A stretch of DNA of 64,000 bases from Oculina patagonica (lineage: Eukaryota). Below, piece by piece: positions 61,401 to 64,000 of the stretch. The DNA lies in the NCBI RefSeq assembly GCF_052425735.1, contig NC_135770.1, forward strand, positions 36,394,001-36,458,000. The letters run 5' to 3'. Made by a program: the position numbers and the translations under genes. The notes beneath the pieces were generated by a model. The model made no database searches. It was not told the DNA's origin and saw only the letters and a program-made list of their open reading frames with translations. Position 1 is the first letter of the stretch, and the number at the start of each line of letters is the position of its first letter.

Positions 61401-63566
61401 TCGTGTCAGACCTACAACGAAGGTATGTTTCACTTGGTGCTTACTAAGTGCCGATGTGTTGAGTCTTAATTTTTGCGGAAAGGAAAACTATTTTTTATTA
61501 AAACGCCACCAACCCCATTTCAGTCTTGGAGTTGAGTGACATATAGAGTTTGAAGAATGGACAGAGGACAGAGGTCTGAGATTTGATCAAAAAAATTCCA
61601 TATTGATGACGTAGCTCTACAGAGATCCGTGCAGTGTCTCTGATTGGTTGTTTCTCGGTTTTGAATTTTTGCGCGCAAGTAGCAACCAATCAGAGGCACT
61701 ACACAGATCTATGAAGAGATGACGTAGCTACGTCATCAGTATGGAATTTTTAGTCTCGAATCTCAGACCAGTCTCTCGGAAGAATTGAAGCGCGAAGAGT
61801 GACGTTTGTTTATGCTGGCTACTAAATCGTTTAATGCAAAATATCTATTGATAACCTCTTTTTAAATGTAAAGCCAATGTTGTCTCTAACCACTCCTCCC
61901 TCAGATCATTCTGCACCCCCCTGATCGCTGTGTGGAACACCCGACCTTTACAGTGGATGATGGTTCCCAGTCTCCAATCACTGTCATGTGTAAAGAAAGG
62001 AACGTGCTGGTGTCGACCTTCTCAAGACTCTTGCTCACTAAAATAGGTAAGAGTTGTTTATTACTGTTCGTAGCCTGTTCCAGGCGTTCGGTTAGTTGGG
62101 GAGCAGCGCGAAAAACGGCGAGAGAAAAAAAAGGGGGGAGAGGGGTGTGGACGAGAAGGCGCCTTAGTCCGTTCCCATTATTTCCACTCGCCATTCTTCA
62201 CGCTTATCCAGTTTTTTTTCTGCGCTGCTCCCCAATTGTCAAAACGCCTGGAACAGGCTGTTATACTGTTCGCTTCTCGGTAGAGAGTCCGCGGACATGC
62301 ATGTTTTTGCACCAAGTGGAGCCAGGAGGTTATTGTTTATGTAACATTTCTCTTGCAGTTTGTTTGGTATTCAGCAACGTTGTACAAAATGACAAAACTG
62401 ACACGAATAACATTGCATTGTTTTTTTTTTTTTCATTTCACAGGTGGATCCGAAAGTTTTAACGATAAACGAGATTTCTTTTATCGTGAACTTGTGGCGC
62501 ACCATGGCCGAAAAACTGGCGAAGTGAACTTGAAGATAGACCGTCACAAGCTGCTAGAGAGTGTAAGTTAAGCATTCAAAGATTTCCCTTTTTTCCCGCT
62601 TCCCGTAACCTTTGGAATCCCTCTTCCCGCCCTCTCTTCCACGCGTCCCGTTGGGTTTTCCGCCCCCCTGCCCCTCATCCACTAGTTATCCCTGCTGGCC
62701 TGGTTTTCTGGTTCCCTCATTACGCATTCCTTACCTGCTAACAATACGAACACGCAGAAACCGATCTGCAGTACGTAACTAGTTTTGTGTTTATTTTCAG
62801 TCGTACCAAGCCACCATCAAGAGTTTGTATTCCAGTGACTGGCTGCGCTCTTTTAAAATCACGTTCAAGGATGAATTAGGTTGGTAGTGCTACAGTTAAA
62901 AATACTTTAAAGCCAAAAATTAGAAATTGAACTTCTTTATATTGCTTTGATTTTCCAGCTAACAGATTCAATTATCCATAAGTTAACTTTTATAGCTCCT
63001 CCGATGTCTAGAATTGGAACGGACTTCACGATTTTTCTTTGTCCCTTTTCTTTATCAGGTATTGACTGGGGCGGTTTGCGACGCGAGTGGTTTGAATTGT
63101 TATGTAAAGCGCTGTTTTCTCATGAAAGTGGCTTCTTCACTCGCTTTAATGCAGAAGACCCTCAAGCTCTGGTGAGTGGACATGTGTTTGGTTTTTTCAA
63201 GTCAGTCAAGGTATAGAAAACCAACATTAGACGTACGACTTTCAACGAAAGAAACATACAGACTTGAGCGCTTGACCTGGCAGGATTCGAATCACGAAAG
63301 TCCATTTTCAAGTAATACTATTTATTTATGTATAGAGACCAGCAAGGAAACTTTTTTGTTAACTATGTGTTGTTTTCTCTCATTAGGTTCACCCGAATCC
63401 GAAAAGACCTGCCGGAATGAAGCTGAAGTTTTACGAGTTTGCTGGACGCATCGTAGGAAAATGTTTATACGAGTCAGCTATGGGCTCAACTCGGAGAATA
63501 AACGTAAAAGCACGGTTTAGCAGGTCATTTTTGGCTCAGCTACTTGGTCTTCGTGTTAGCTACAGG
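52780..63566 (+). CDS. AREL1: Apoptosis-resistant E3 ubiquitin ligase 1-like (filamin repeat + HECT), 3'-incomplete
   Basis: Exons 52780-52933, 53944-54339, 57310-57518, 57983-58220, 58968-59131, 60022-60190, 60844-61091, 61345-61422, 61905-62046, 62444-62562, 62801-62879, 63059-63171, 63387-63566 all join in frame. Motifs KVTWEWKDPHVVGESM, VSFTVREAGTY...GSPF, GGSESFNDK, GIDWGGLRREWF and VHPNP...YEFAGRIVGKCLYES. Gene continues past the window. Confidence 0.9.
54668..54714. repeat. (TTA)n microsatellite, probable retroposon tail
   Basis: About 15 ATT units directly after a GC-rich hairpin (cgggcag...ctgcccg). Confidence 0.8.
55359..56672 (-). mobile_element. pogo/Tc1-mariner-type non-autonomous element, nested in another TA-flanked element (~55076-56843)
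   Basis: TIR ctgtatttattcagctataagccg / cggcttatagccgaataaatacgg with TA flanks. Minus-strand remnant FKLKVVAEVETVQNNCKIVREYG (~56240-56310) resembles a pogo N-terminal HTH. Confidence 0.75.
60206..60396. mobile_element. Tc1-like MITE 15 bp downstream of an AREL1 donor site
   Basis: caacaaggagcccaaaagtgtgaccacttt / aaagtggtcacacttttgggctccttgctg, TA flanks. Confidence 0.8.
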
Positions 63567-63591
63567 GTAAGATCTTTAACTGATCTCAAAT

Positions 63592-63915
63592 CAGGGCTCG
63601 AGACTAACTTTTTTACTAGCTAGCCTATTGGCTAGTGACTGCTTTGATTTCACTAGCCAAAACCAATTTTCTACTTGCCAGGATTGTCAAGCTAACTTAG
63701 GTTTGGGCAGAGGCACTTTGCCGTCTTCACTGGCTCTGTTATCATTATCTTTAGGGTTAATTTTAAGTTACTTTTTGGCACTTTCAGCTTGTCCACAGTC
63801 TTTGATAATTTTATCCTTGACGGCCATTCTGGCTAGTGAAAGCCCAGAACCTCCTAGCAAAAACTGCATTTCTACTAGCCTGTGGCTAGTTGGCTACCCT
63901 TAGTCTCGAGCCCTG
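63592..63915. mobile_element. MITE with CAGGGCTCGAGACTAA TIRs
   Basis: Perfect 16-bp TIRs; caaat duplicated on both flanks. Confidence 0.75.
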
Positions 63916-64000
63916 CAAATGTTTCTAATATCCCCTAAAAACACTCTGTAACGAATGTTACGTCGTTTGCGCGCCAAGAATACAATTTTGGGAACTAATG

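Overview
Eukaryotic, AT-rich, intron- and repeat-rich genomic DNA. The repeat landscape suggests a cnidarian, probably a stony coral, but this is inference. Host genes were reconstructed by hand from splice signals and reading frames. They are a head-to-head pair of CaRF/ALS2CR8-like genes (8586-13211), DEGS1 (-), DHRS7-like SDR (+), ADCK1 (+, one GC-AG intron), a LicD/fukutin-family gene with a single coding exon (+) and an AREL1-type filamin-HECT E3 ligase (+, runs off the window). An old tandem duplication (about 24795-29043 vs 34395-37425) copies the DHRS7 3' exons and the ADCK1 promoter/first exon on either side of a 5'-truncated BEL/Pao LTR element. The two copies supply empty sites that prove several small insertions, including a 115-bp unit carrying a hammerhead-ribozyme motif. 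Two tyrosine-recombinase (DIRS-order, PAT-like, split-direct-repeat) elements are present: a decayed coding copy (29-8105) and an apparently non-coding copy (45580-48645). Both have a loxP/FRT-like inverted-arm + 8-bp-spacer site at their internal B1-A2 junction. Many MITEs, SINEs, LINE fragments and minisatellites fill introns and intergenic DNA. All family assignments come from motif recognition; no database search was run.
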